Source: a virus (taxonomy: Duplodnaviria; Caudoviricetes). Taken from it: 64,000 bases of DNA. The notes beneath the pieces are model-generated. The model was not told where the DNA came from, searched no databases, and saw nothing but the letters and a program-made list of their open reading frames with translations. Shown in pieces: positions 25,219 to 37,549 of this stretch (within the stretch, counting starts at the first letter, position 1; every line of letters starts with the position of its first letter). The DNA lies in IMG/VR virus record IMGVR_UViG_3300022660_000081, positions 2,500-66,499 of that record; one strand, 5' to 3'. The translations under genes and the position numbers were made by a program.

Positions 25219-25725
25219 ATGGCAAACGAAAATTATGAAAAGAACTGAAAGAAGTTCTTAAAATGTAAAGAATGTGGAGAATTTAAGGAAATCAATTCTG
25301 AAAATTGGTATCCACATAAAGAAGGGTATTTATGAGTTTTATGAAGATGTAAAGAATGTATTAAATGAGGTAGAAAGTCTGAACACGAGCTACAAATGTC
25401 AAGAATTAGAGATAGGGAAAGATATAAGAATAACCCCAAGAGGAGAGATTTTATATACAAAAGCTCAAGGCGTAGAAATAGAATACGCAATGAAGAAAAC
25501 AGAAATTGGAATTTAAGCCACGAGAGAGCCGATAGAAAAATAAAAAAGCTATGAGTTAGACCTAAGACTTGTCCTATATGTTGATATGAATGAAGAATAG
25601 TAGCTCATCATCCAGATATAAATATATGGAATGAAGTTGTATTCTGTTGCCAGATATGCCACGATAAGATACACAAAAACAAAATTGAATGCCCTAAACC
25701 ACTTGATTTACTTGCTAATAATTAG
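25219..25725 (+). CDS. HNH endonuclease with N-terminal Zn finger, 168 aa
   Basis: CKECGEFK...CKEC; CPICG...IVAHHPD...VVFCCQICHDKIH. Confidence 0.8.
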
Positions 25726-25728
25726 TGT

Positions 25729-26115
25729 ATGAGCTTAACTGATGAGGCTCAAAAGATTATCAATGCACCAGCTCAAACAGAGGACGACATCATACAATTA
25801 TCAAAAATAGTTTATATGATGTCCTCTCTGTATAGAGAGAAAATGAATATAGCTAACGAGCAAGAGCAAATGTATAATCTTACAAGAAGCCAAGAAACTC
25901 AAAAAGCTATGGAGGGCTGAAAAAAGATAACAGAGGCAGCTGAAATTGGAAAGCTAAAAGCAGAGGAACAGTATTGAGATTATAGAACAATGGAAGCTGA
26001 CTGTAAAGGAATGCTACAAGTTATGAACTCTATCAGAGAGTTTAAGATAGCTTGGTACGTATCTAATAAATGAACAACAGATTTTATTTCAAATAATCGT
26101 AATCTAAATGAGTAA
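25729..26115 (+). CDS. Helical hypothetical protein, 128 aa
   Basis: Track 25729..25920 extended through TGA. Confidence 0.65.
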
Positions 26116-26425
26116 TGCAGAGGAACTATTAGAGGAGTTATGAAATATAGTAAAATCATTTAATATCTTATGAATGACTAACTATATGTGATGCGACCCC
26201 TCGATATATAATGTATGGAAGAAAAGAAAAGTTCTACCATATAGGAATGTCAAAAAGATAGTAGAATATTTAGAAATGCACAATGACGATATAGTTGATT
26301 TGTGCTGAAAACTAATGGACTACTATAAGAGTGAGAGCAAAAAAAGAGATGAAAAAATCAACGCTACAATAGAAAGGAATAGAGAACGTAGCAGAGAAAG
26401 ATATAAAGCCACTCACTCAAAATAA
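26108..26425 (+). CDS. Putative HTH protein, 105 aa
   Basis: MSNAEELLEELGNIVKSFNILGMTNYMGCDPSIYNVWKKRKVLP; start overlaps the upstream stop. Confidence 0.55.
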
Positions 26426-26449
26426 ACTTTTATTTCTTTATCATTGCAA

Positions 26450-27139
26450 ATGAAACTAAATCTTAAAAACTTAAACAAAGACCAATTTATTAAAATTATT
26501 ATTTGTATCTTAATAGCTTTATTTATAGCTTTACTATCTTGATTAAATACTGTGGCTAATATGCCAAAGACAGTATCCGTAGAAAAATACGAACTATCTA
26601 AACCTAATATTGAATTATCTAAAACTTGGAAACCTTGAGATTTGAATAAGGAATGAAATGCACAAGAAATGCCAGTTCTTACCAGTACCGAAAGTCATCA
26701 GAGATTTATAGAATTATGTGAGAAGTATAATTTACCAGCTGACGTTATTTGGCACACTGAGAATTTCTATGGACTAAAAGAAGGTACTATACTTTGTATA
26801 GCAATAGCAGAAACAAGTGGTTGAAAGAGTGGATACTGAAAGCCTTGATGTTGGAACTACTGAAACGTCTGAAACAACGACTGAGGTGATAGACATTGCT
26901 TCCCCAATCAATGAGCTTGACTTGCAGCAATAGGTAGCACACTTAATAATAGTCTATTATGAATGAATAAAACAATAGCTTGCTTAAACTGAGCTTGAAA
27001 TTGTATAGAGGAATTTGCAAGTGGATATAGATATAGCACTTGAAAAAGTGGTAATCGAGAAAGAAATATGATTTGATGCTTCTACTCTATCTATCAACAA
27101 AAGATAGACCCAACTACTTTTAACTTGCATAATAGATAA
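26450..27139 (+). CDS. Membrane-anchored lysozyme/glucosaminidase-like protein, 229 aa
   Basis: N-terminal TM helix; LCIAIAETSGG...NYGNVGNND...AIGSTLNN...W; homologous to 59955..60800. Confidence 0.6.
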
Positions 27140-27141
27140 AA

Positions 27142-27414
27142 ATGGACTTTCAAACAACTTTAAAATAATGATTAGAAGTGGAGAAAAAGTTTGTAGCCAC
27201 AATGTTAAATTTGTACCCACAAATAGAAAAGATAGAATTTGCACCAGACATTCCATTCAAAGACCGAGATGTTAAATTAACTATCTGATGAAAAGAAGTA
27301 TCGTATGAAATAAAGAGAGATTTCAAAAGCCAAGAAACTTGAAACATAGCATTAGAGATTAAATGTAATTGAAAGCCAAGTGGAGTATTTGCAATACTTT
27401 CAATTGCATATTAA
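27142..27414 (+). pseudogene. Disrupted PD-(D/E)XK nuclease
   Basis: In-frame TAA at codon 9 (27166). D(W)DVK...YEIKRD...TGNIALEI...GKPSG then breaks off at ~27395 where sequence composition changes. Confidence 0.65.
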
Positions 27415-27419
27415 GAAAT

Positions 27420-27459
27420 TCGGAATTTCCGAAAATAGCAGAAAAAACGGAAATTCCGA
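27420..27459. promoter_or_regulatory. Pair of palindromic operator-like sites forming a 12-bp inverted repeat
   Basis: TCGGAATTTCCG (27420-31) and CGGAAATTCCGA (27448-59). Confidence 0.45.
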
Positions 27460-27497
27460 TTATTTAAACAATTTTATATCACTAAACAAGGAAAAAA

Positions 27498-27908
27498 ATG
27501 AAAGTCGAAAAAACTTTTAAAGATTTGCAAAAAAGAATTCAGAATATTTCACAAGCGATGAAAGATGAAATTGATGAATTCAATGACAAATTCGCAGTTG
27601 CGAAAAAAAACACAGAAAAGTTCTTGAAAGAATGCGAAAAAGTATGAATCAAAATTGTTTCACTTTGAACAGAAACTGATTTGATACCAAGAACAAAAAC
27701 ATTTCCGTTTTGACCGAAAAATTCGATTTTTGCTGATTGATATGCAAAAGATAAACACTGACACGAACGACCAGCAATTCGAAGTGTATCAGAAAAATTT
27801 GAACAATCGTGGTGATGTTGAAACACTTGACAGCATAGTTTCGACCTTGAAGAATTCGTTGAATGAGTATATGAGTTCAAGTGATGATGTCGAAGAAAAG
27901 TTTGATAG
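27498..27908 (+). CDS. 136-aa hypothetical protein
   Basis: Open with TGA=Gly; phage B-like codon usage. Confidence 0.65.
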
Positions 27909-27945
27909 ATTTTATTTCATAAACAAGAGAAAAATGTGAAGAATA

Positions 27946-28501
27946 ATGAGTTCATCTATGATGAACGAAAGTCTGAAATCATTGTTGAATGAACAATACA
28001 AAAGAATTGATGAATTGAAGCAACAGATTTCAGAAAAAGATGAAATAATCAAAAAACAAGCAGAAAAATTGAACAAGCTTGAAAAAGAAAACTATGATTT
28101 GAACAAAACAGTTCAAGACCAGCATTTTACGATTCAACAATATGAGCAATGATTCGCAAATTGAAGCCGACATTGAGATGATGTTGAATAGTTTTATTTC
28201 AAAAAAATTCATTGAAATGAAGACAAGCATAAAATTCAAAAAAAAGAACATTGAAACTTTGAAAGAGTGTTGAAAAAAATTGTTTGATTCAGCCGATATG
28301 TATTCAAGAATATTCTTTGATTTAGATATTAGACAAAGCAAGAAAGATTTGATGAGATTGAAGAAATCAGACTTGTGTGATATAATCATCAATACATTCA
28401 TTCTTGAAACACAAGAAAGTGTGAAGTGATATATGGCACACAAATTCAAACAATTACAAGACGATTTTAAACACTATAAACATCACGGTTGACTGTGATA
28501 A
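27946..28501 (+). other. Two small hypothetical ORFs (27946..28191 coiled coil; 28217..28501)
   Basis: Manual translation with TGA=Gly. Confidence 0.55.
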
Positions 28502-28526
28502 AATCAAAATTTTATTTCAAAAAAAT

Positions 28527-28916
28527 ATGACAATGTTGAAAGATTTATTCAATAGTTTACTTGATAAATGACGAAAGCCGTTCGATATGGAATTCACAAA
28601 ATTTCATCACATTTCGAAAGACGGTGCGATATTCTTCTATAAATGAAAGAAACATCACGAATGAAGCCGAAATGTCAGAGATTTTGTCAGTAAAGAAAGT
28701 CTTTTGCGACAATTCGTATGTGAGAATGGAATGATAAACGCAAACGACACACCAGAAGAAAATATAATAAATTATTGGAGATATAATAAAGAAGACCTAA
28801 CAGAATGGCGATATATGAGAAATTATCAATACCGACTAATAGAAAGTTCCTTGAAAGATGAGAGTGAGCTTAAAGACTTTTTACTTCAAAACATTAAGGT
28901 ATGAAACGAAGATTAA
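28527..28916 (+). CDS. 129-aa hypothetical protein, paralog of 62684..63142
   Basis: 3' half nearly identical to the copy at 62936 onward; 5' half diverged. Confidence 0.75.
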
Positions 28917-29204
28917 AAAAATTCAAAAGCCATAAAGTCACTGGTTGAGAATATTGGAAACCATACTACAAGAAATGGTTGCGATGGAAAGAAAAGAAAT
29001 CTGAATTATGATTTGAGTTTGAATATGAATTAAATGAGATATGAAATATAGCAATTCCAGATATTAGGAGATGGGACAAAGAAGTAAAACATATAATCGT
29101 AGATAATGTATTTGATGTATTCATACTTTGAGATTGAAGAATTGTAACACTTTAGACTAATCAGACTTTTATATTATTTACCCTTAGAAAATGAAAAAAG
29201 AAAA
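28710..29204. repeat. ~495-bp direct repeat, copy 1 (copy 2 at 62936-63430)
   Basis: Offset 34,226 bp; a few substitutions in the first ~80 bp, then identical by eye. Confidence 0.9.
28901..29155 (+). CDS. 84-aa aromatic-rich hypothetical protein (identical copy at 63127..63381)
   Basis: MKWRLKKFKSHKVTGGEYWKPYYKKWL...; lies inside the direct repeat. Confidence 0.65.
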
Positions 29205-29768
29205 AAAGAAAGCTGAAGTAGAACAGAGAAAGAGAGTAGCCGAACTTATGAATAAACTATGAAAGTACCGACCAAATATAAAAGTAGAAGAACGAATGGC
29301 TTGTGACGATGTATACCTTGATGTATTAGATATGGCAATAAAAACTAAAGAATACTTTAGTAAATAATCAGACTTTTATATTATTTACCTATGGAGAGAA
29401 TGAAACATACAGGAGATTATGAATTAGATAGAATAAATATGTTAGAGCAAGAATGTGCAGATTTAGAAGAAGATAATAAGAGATTAGAAGAAGAAAATAA
29501 AAAGCTGAAATCAGATTTAGATTTTGTCTATATTGAGTGAAAAATATTAAATAATGACTTGTGTGTGTTGAGAAAAGAAAATGAAATTCTGAAAGAAGAA
29601 AACAAATATTTGAATGAAGAATTGAAGAAATTCATAAAAGCGTATTGAGAACTATTAAAGAAATATAATATATTAGAAGAACACAAAATCGGCGAAAGAG
29701 AAGCAATAGTAAAGGAAAACAAAAAGCTCAAAGAAGAACTACGAGAAATTACTTGAAGAAGATATTAG
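29191..29768 (+). other. Two cassette ORFs (29191..29367; 29391..29768 coiled coil)
   Basis: Each preceded by TAATCAGACTTTTATATTATTTACC. Confidence 0.6.
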
Positions 29769-29912
29769 ATTTATTTCGTAATGATTATCAGATGAAAGAA
29801 GCCTTTTGATGATGTATATGATGTCTTATATATTGATGAATTACATTTCTTACGATATTCTTCATCGTTCGATGTGTAAAGACAAGCATAATACTCTTAT
29901 CATAAAAAACTG

Positions 29913-29945
29913 AAAGAAGCGTAGTTTAGAACTACGCTTTTTCTA
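29913..29945 (+). terminator. Intrinsic terminator
   Basis: AAGCGTAGTT-TAG-AACTACGCTT followed by a T run. Confidence 0.8.
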
Positions 29946-30128
29946 TATTTCTTGTCTTTGCTTACTATTATTATATATCATTTTTACAAAATGAAAAGTA
30001 GTAAATAAAAAAAAGTATACATTTTTTTGACTTTTGTCTTGATTTTGAATATCATATTATTATATAATTATATCGTGATAGTGAGAACACATCACGAAAC
30101 AAAGCTTTATTCCTTTACAAACACGCAA

Positions 30129-31768
30129 ATGACAGACACAACAAACAACACAGATTCAAGAATGAATCTTTACAACAGATTAGAAGACTTCTTGTTCGAG
30201 CTTGAATCAGCAGACAAAAGATTCATCTTGGAGAACAAGTTCGCAAATCTTGTTTACACAGAAGCTTGTGATTTATCTAATCACTTTGGAGAAATCAAAG
30301 ACAATGAGCGAATCGAGAACAAAATCAAAAGATTTGAAGACCAGATTCAAAGATTATTACGAGCATTCGCAAGAAGTGAGATGATTTACAATGACAAAGC
30401 AAAGTTCAAGAAATGGTTGGAAGAAGCGTAAGAGCTTCTTCCTATCAAAACATTTATCTTATTATTACACAATCAAATGACAGACACAACTATCGACCTT
30501 ATGAACAATCATTCCTTGAAACAATTAGAGAATGAGTTCAACAAAAAAATTGAGCAATGAAATTATTTGCCAGATGAATGAGAATGACTTACAAAAGCTA
30601 CGCAACTTGCAACAGCTATCTGTAAGATTGACTATCGCTATTATAATGACGGCGATAGATATGATAGAACATCAGAAATATGAACATATGCAAATCGAAT
30701 TCATAATCATTGCTTCAAATTGAAAAGATTCAGCAATTATGAAGACAATTTGAAATATATGTTGATTATGTGAATCTCGATTATCGATTCACTTTCAGAT
30801 GTAAGAGCAGAATGAAGCGTATATACAGAAGAATGAACTTGGAAATCTCACAAATATCGCTTCTAATTTTATTTCATTATATACACAATCAATGAAAGCA
30901 CGAAAGATTATCATCAAAGACAAATATCTTGATGAACAAACCGAACACATCTTCAAACATTATGAGAATGCCGTAAAGTTCAGAATGAGAATGCGTTCAA
31001 GTGATATGAAGCTATGACATTCTGAAAACAGATTTTGAAGATATTGGAATTCAAAGAAAATCTCACCTATCAAAGAAATAGAAGTTGCTGATGATTATTG
31101 GAAGAAAGATTTCTGAAAATATCTTTCAATATGATATATGTTCGGAATCTGAAAGAAGCCAAAGAATACTTGACGACAAGATTACACAGAAACAGAACAT
31201 CTATCTCACATCTTATATCGAATTCATCACAATATTAGAACATCTCACGAACTTGATAGAAATAGCGAAGATGTGAAGTTTATGTTGGAAGACTTGCAAC
31301 GATACACAGAAACAAGCTTACCAAAGAACGTAGAAGTTGAGCAAAAGAAAGAGCTATTCTTCTCTTGTTGGAAGATATTAGAAAAGCTATGATGTGAACG
31401 ATACATATCAGAAAAAGATAGATGAATGTATGAAGATGAATACAAAGAATACTGTGCAAGAATGGAGAAGCTTCAAGAAGATTTAGTCAAAGAGATGAAA
31501 AGCTTGTAATTATCATCAAGAAATGTATATTTAGTTGATTTATCAAACAAGAGAAATGATTATGACATTACAAGAATATCTTGATTCTAAACGAAAAGAA
31601 CAAATCAACGTGAAGAAGAATAGACCTATGAAGCAGAAAGTGAAAGAGATTATCGAATACTATACACGATTCGATAGAGCAGAACGAGATACAGAAAACA
31701 TATACGATAATGAATCAGAAATCAGACTTTATATATCAAAATATGTAGATGAAAATTGGAATGATTAA
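30129..31768 (+). other. Phage B small early genes (30129..30431, 30477..30866, 30892..31509, 31562..31768)
   Basis: Downstream of a TTGATT...TATAAT promoter-like site at ~30040-30070; the first two both start ATGACAGACACAAC. Confidence 0.65.
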
Positions 31769-31946
31769 ATGATTTTCAGCAACAGAAATAGCTTGGCTGG
31801 AATGAAAAGATGTAGCAACGATATTAAAGAACAGAAAGAGATATATTCCAGTAAGAATAGATAATAATATCAGCAGAACAAAAGAACGCTGATTTTCTAT
31901 CAAATATTTGCGTGTTTGAGATTTACAGAAATATATTAGAGAATAT

Positions 31947-32150
31947 TTGTAATTGTTATACTTTACAATATACATAAGTTATTTGCATAATATCGAGTGT
32001 TAGTTAGAAAAGCAAAGAAGCAGATGTAAAAGTCTGCTTTTTTGTAAAATTCATTTGTAATTATCATACTTTACAATAGCTTATAGATGACATAAGTTAT
32101 ATCTAATTGGTAGAGCGATTGATACGCACATATTTATCTATCGCTTTTTC
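31947..32150 (+). promoter_or_regulatory. Two TTGTAA-N10-TTACAA palindromes, each followed by ACATAAGTTAT and a terminator-like hairpin
   Basis: Palindromes at 31947-68 and 32055-76; hairpins at ~32017-43 and ~32114-50. Confidence 0.5.
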
Positions 32151-32155
32151 TTTTT

Positions 32156-32584
32156 ATGCCAAGAAAACGTAAGACAGAAAAAACACCAAGACAGAAAGCA
32201 ATCGAGAAGCTTGATGATATATTCTCAAAATACATCAGACTTCGTGATTGCGATTCTGAATGAATAGTTATCTGCCCATTATGTTGAGCAAAGAAACATC
32301 GAAAAGAATCACAGAATATGCACTTCATAAGTAGGTGAGTATTGAAATATAGATTTGATGAAGATAATTGCCACGCTTGATGTATGAGATGTAATGTGAT
32401 ACTGAATTGAAACTATATGAGATATACACGCCGAATGATAGAAATGTATGGAATAAAAAAAGTAGATGAAATGATGAATGATAAGAGCGTGTATTCAATA
32501 AAGACATACGAGTTGGAAGAAATGATAGATAATTACGAAAAGCTTGTGAAAGCAATCGCAAGCAGAAAACATTTAGATGTATAA
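32156..32584 (+). CDS. NinG/Rap-like endonuclease (phage B), 142 aa
   Basis: KLDDIFSKYIRLRD...CPLCG...H(W)KESQNMHFISRG...RFDEDNCHAGCMRCN. Confidence 0.85.
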
Positions 32585-32592
32585 ACAAGAGA

Positions 32593-33546
32593 ATGAAAAT
32601 ATTGAGCTTATTTGATTGAATCGCTTGTTGATATGAAGCTTTACTTCGTGCTTGAATCAAGATAGATAAATACTATGCGAGTGAGATAGATAAATATGCA
32701 ATACAGATAGCACAGAAGAATCACCCAGACATCATTGAAGTATGAGATGTTCAAAATATCGTTGGGGGGGGGTATGATATAGACTTACTATTATGATGAA
32801 GCCCTTGTCAATGATTCAGCGTAGCTTGAAAGAAATTAGCATTCGATGACCCAAGAAGTAAGTTGTTCTTCGAATATGTAAGAGTGTTGAAAGAAACGAA
32901 GCCGAGATATTTCTTGTTGGAGAATGTGAAAATGAAGAAAGAATGGCAAGATATAATCAGTAGAGAATTGTGAGTAGAGCCGATTGAGATAAATAGTAGT
33001 TTGGTGTCAGCACAGAACAGAAAAAGATTATACCGAACGAATATACCTGGCATTTCACAGCCAAAAGATAAGTGAATTTTATTGAAAGATGTATTAGAAG
33101 AAAAAGTAGATGAGAAATATTACTTATCAGAAGAACAAGTGAATCAATTATTACGCCGATGAAAGTGAAGAAATGATAGATGAATAGAACACCTAAACAT
33201 AAAATCAGATGAAAAGATATGAGCAATTACATCACATTGTTGAGCAATGTGTAATACAATAAAGTTGATAAAGGAAGTTGAGATACCTTGTGCTACACAG
33301 ATATGAAACAGCCCAAACTTCTGAAACAGCTATGGAAGTCAGAAAGCATATACATTAAGAGCAAGCAACCCAAATGGTGTGATAGAAAAGCATAGAATAA
33401 GAAAGCTGACACCCATTGAATGTGAAAGACTTCAAACATTACCAGATAACTATACTGAATGAGTGAGCGACACACAAAGATATAAGATGTTATGAAACTG
33501 ACGAACTGTTGATGTTATTGCCCATATATTAAGCTTTATATGATAA
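32593..33546 (+). CDS. DNA cytosine-5 methyltransferase, 317 aa
   Basis: Motif I LSLFDGIACG; IV GGSPCQG; VI LLENV; VIII QNRKRLY(W)TNI; X LGNG(W)TVDVIAHI; in-frame G9 tract at 32764-72. Confidence 0.95.
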
Positions 33547-33555
33547 GATAAGAAA

Positions 33556-34065
33556 ATGCCAAAGCAAAAGCGAGATTATGACAAAATCAAAATGGAGTTT
33601 ATGCTTTCAGATTTCGATGATGTAAAATGATTTTTGAGTGATAGTTGAGTGATATACAACTCGAAGCGAACTACGATGACAAAATGACGAACGAAAGAGA
33701 AGAAAGAATTCAAAAGAAGAATCTATGAGCAAGCATTAAAAGAGAAATGAGAAGAAACAGCGAAAGAGATAAGCGATAATGTATGAAGATATGAGATGTT
33801 GAATGAAGATATGCTTGAACGAATGGAGAAGCAAATGGAAGAAGACAGAAGACCAGCACAGAAATGAGAAAAGAAAAGGAAGCTGAATTCGAACGACATA
33901 ATGAATATGCGAAAGATATCGAGAACAGAAAGATGATTACCAACGAACATATCGAAAGTAGATTGAAACATCAAGAATGAAAGAGCAGAACTGACAGATG
34001 ATGAGAAAGAAGCGTTAGATGTGTTGATGTGAAAATCACAAGATAAGCAAAAGTCAAATAAATAG
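33556..34065 (+). CDS. terS: Phage B terminase small subunit, 169 aa
   Basis: MPKQK(W)DYDKIKMEF...TKG(W); directly upstream of TerL. Confidence 0.65.
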
Positions 34066-34147
34066 ATAGAAAGCTTGATTAGAGAAAATCGCTTCCGAGC
34101 AGAAACGAAAAACACAGCATATTGACAATTTATATTTTATATTATCA

Positions 34148-35620
34148 ATGAATCGCAATGAAGCAATAGAGATAATGAAGCAAAGTAGCTTGTTGAGAAA
34201 CAAATACTATGAGCAAAAGTTCTTCGAGTTCTGCCAATTCTATTTTATGGAGTATTACACATTCGATACACCAGCGTGCTTGTTGGAAATCTATCAAGCA
34301 TTGGAAGAATGAAAGAATGTATTCATAGAGTGATTCAGATGAAGTGCTAAAACAACTATTGCACAGATGTATGTAAGCCGATGTATAGCATACAAGAAAC
34401 GTAGAAACATAATGCGATATGCCCAAACGATAGACAATGCAGAAGAAAATCTGACTTACATAGCGAACAGCTTCATATGAGATACAGACTGAGGAGAAAG
34501 ATTTGTTAGAGATTATTGAAACTTATATTACCCAGATTATACAATCAAGCAATGACAGAAGAAAATAAAGAGAATCGATAAGTTTATTACAGAAAACGAT
34601 TGTTATGTTAGAGCGATGTCTTTATGAACATCACCAAGATGAAAGAACTATACAGCACCAGATTGAAAATTCAGACCAGACTTGTTGATATTTGATGATG
34701 TTGATACAATTGCAAGCACAGATTCCAAGAAGAAGATAGATAAGAATTTCGAGTTCTTATTGAATGAAGTATTATGATGAACGACAAATCAGACTCAAAT
34801 GATATTCTTATGAAACACGATATACGAAGATTGATTAGTTCCAAGATTTAGAGAACACATCGCAAATGATAAGAATCGAACAATAATCAGAATACCAATC
34901 TATGATAAAGAAAACAAGATAGTTCGAGATAGATTCGTAGAAACAGATGAAGAAGCGAACAAGCTGAATGAATGAATAAGTGATATACATAGAAGATACA
35001 CATCGCTTGAATCAGAAAGAAGAAGACTTTGAAGCATATCATTTAGTCAGAACTATTTATTAGTTCCTTATGTGATATGACAGCACATCATTACAAGAGA
35101 TATGATTCAATACGATAATGAGTGTAGGAATTACAAGTTCGATTACATTCAGATATGAGTTGACCCAGCTGTAAGTGAAAAAGAATGAAGCGATGAATAT
35201 GCAATCAATATAACGTGATTCATACAAGACAGAATCTATCATCTTGAAAGCATATGATTGAATTGAAAAGAGAAAGACATTTGAGCTTCATCAAACATAG
35301 TGAATCAGATGTATATAAAATATCAAGCAAAAAAAGTTGTAGTTGAAACAGTCGCATATCAGCAAGTCTTGAAGAATGTATTCAAGAGAATGTGAATGGC
35401 TGTTCAAGAATATAAGACTATCAAAGACAAGACAACAAGACTAATGGAGAAACAAGTATTATTTGAAGACAAGAAAGTCTATTTCGCACCGTGATATTGA
35501 AATGATAAATTGATAGAACAATTGTTATCGTTCCCAAATGGAGAACACGATGACCGTATCGACGCAATGCTATTAGCAATGCAAAGCACAAACAAGAGCT
35601 TTTTTATTTGAGCATTCTAA
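34148..35620 (+). CDS. terL: Phage B terminase large subunit, 490 aa
   Basis: Walker A EGFRGSAKTT; LLIFDDVD; GVDPAVSEK..SD; EQLLSFPNGEHDDRIDAM. Confidence 0.95.
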
Positions 35621-35625
35621 TCGAT

Positions 35626-36216
35626 ATGAGAAGAAAAAGCAGTCGATATTCACCACAACAGAAAGCAGAAGCAATGGAAGTTGTAATATGTGAGAATCAA
35701 ATCATTCAGTTTCTATCAAAAGTGAATGAAGAATCAGAAACAGAAAGATATACAACAGAAATCTCGTTGTTTGAATTTCGAAAGCATATACAGAACAAGA
35801 AAGACAATCTTGACCCTTGATTGTTCGAATCAGATTAGTGTTTTATATTCTATTATAATATAATGTCAGAAAGAACTTACACCAAAGTCGATGAATTTAC
35901 ATTCAAGGTCGAAGAAGACAGACATCTTGAAGAAACAATGAGCATTGACAAGCAATTCAATTATCTTATGCAGTTGTGTAATGGAATGCGTGATTGTGTA
36001 AAGAATGCTAATGAGTTTCAAGACAAGTTTGTTCAATTCGTAAAGACTTATAATTGGTATGTTGATATGTTATCAGAAGCCAAAGAGAAGTGTTGATATG
36101 AATACAAGCTTCCAGAAAAAATTGAGCTTCCAGATTGCTTTGATATCATCGAAGTAAAGATAGAGAACATTCCAACAATAGACTTCAAATTAAACGAAGA
36201 AAAGAAAGCAAGTTAG
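35626..36216 (+). other. Two small ORFs between TerL and portal (35626..35838; 35863..36216)
   Basis: Manual translation; followed by a terminator-like hairpin at ~36205-36230. Confidence 0.6.
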
Positions 36217-36301
36217 ATACTTGCTTTTTTCTTAATAATTATGTTTATTCGCTATTTGTGATTATAATGCAGACAATGATATTTATATCACAAACAGCTG
36301 A

Positions 36302-37546
36302 ATGTGATTCGCAGAAAAAATCAAAAGCATAGTTGCAAAGACTTTATGAATTCAAACAAAGTCTTTTTCTTGAAATAGTTTAAGAAGTCTATCTTCATTA
36401 TTAAAGAACGACTATTCACTTGATTTGAATACATATTATACACTTTACGAATACAATGGAGATATTCGCCAAGCTATTCAAAAAATTTCTAATTGAGTTG
36501 CAAGAAACTGAATATACCTACAAGATAATCAAAGAAAGACAATAGAGAACAATATCATTACAGATGAAGTGTATTGATTATTTCAAGCACCTACTTTTCT
36601 TAAATGGAAGAAAGAGCTATACAAGAATTATATGCTATCGTGAGAACTATACTTTTTGCCAGTTTATAATGATTGATGAATAGCTATCTGATTTGATGTT
36701 GTTGATTCAAGAATGGTAAGTAAGACAGTCAATGAATATGGAGTAATACAATATTTCACAGTTTCATCAGATTGACGTGAAGAAAGATATTCACCAAGAG
36801 AAATAGCATACTTCAAACGAGAAGATTCTGTTCATAATCAAGCAGATTGAATGTGAGTATTGAGCTGATGTATATATGACGCACTTGCAGACCTTGAAGC
36901 ACAGAAAACAAACTATTCATTCTATCAGAATTCAGCAATACCGTCAGCTTTGCTTGTTCTTGATGACAATATGACACCAGAAGAAATGCAGAATGCGAAA
37001 GACCAATTTGAAGCACAATACAAGTGAAGCAATAATCAGCATAAAACACTTATTGCTTGATGAATAAAAGAGATAAAGACAATATCACTTTCACCAAGAG
37101 ATATGGAATTCATCAATCAAAGACATCTTACAACAGAAAAGATATCAGCAGTCTTTGGAGTTCCTAAAACAGAATTGTGATATGTAGAAGATGTGAATTA
37201 TTCAAACTGACAAACGCAAAGAAAAGCATTCATAGAGTGAACATTAAGACCACTTGAATCAGACTTTGAGCATATATTGAATAAGTTGCTTGAAATGTTC
37301 AGACCAGACTTACGGAAAAAGATTCGAGTAAAAGCTGATTGAGAACAGCTTGAAGAAACACAAGAGCGAATGGAATGATTAAGAAAAGATGTTCAATGCT
37401 GAATAATGACAATCAATGAAGCAAGAATTGAAAGATGATTCCAAAAGATAGATGATGAGAATGCAGATAAGTTGCTTGTATCGAGAAACGTTGTATTGCT
37501 TGAAGATGTTGCCCTTGACCCAGTTTTATCACTTGATGAAGCATAA
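36302..37546 (+). CDS. HK97-family portal protein, 414 aa
   Basis: ISAVFGVPKTELGYVEDVNYSN...FIEGTLRPL; GIMTINEARIERGF. Confidence 0.92.
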
Positions 37547-37549
37547 TCG

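Noticed and set aside
27166-27168. In-frame TAA as evidence of TAA readthrough
   Set aside because: Single case in a gene that is also truncated; TAA ends most other genes.
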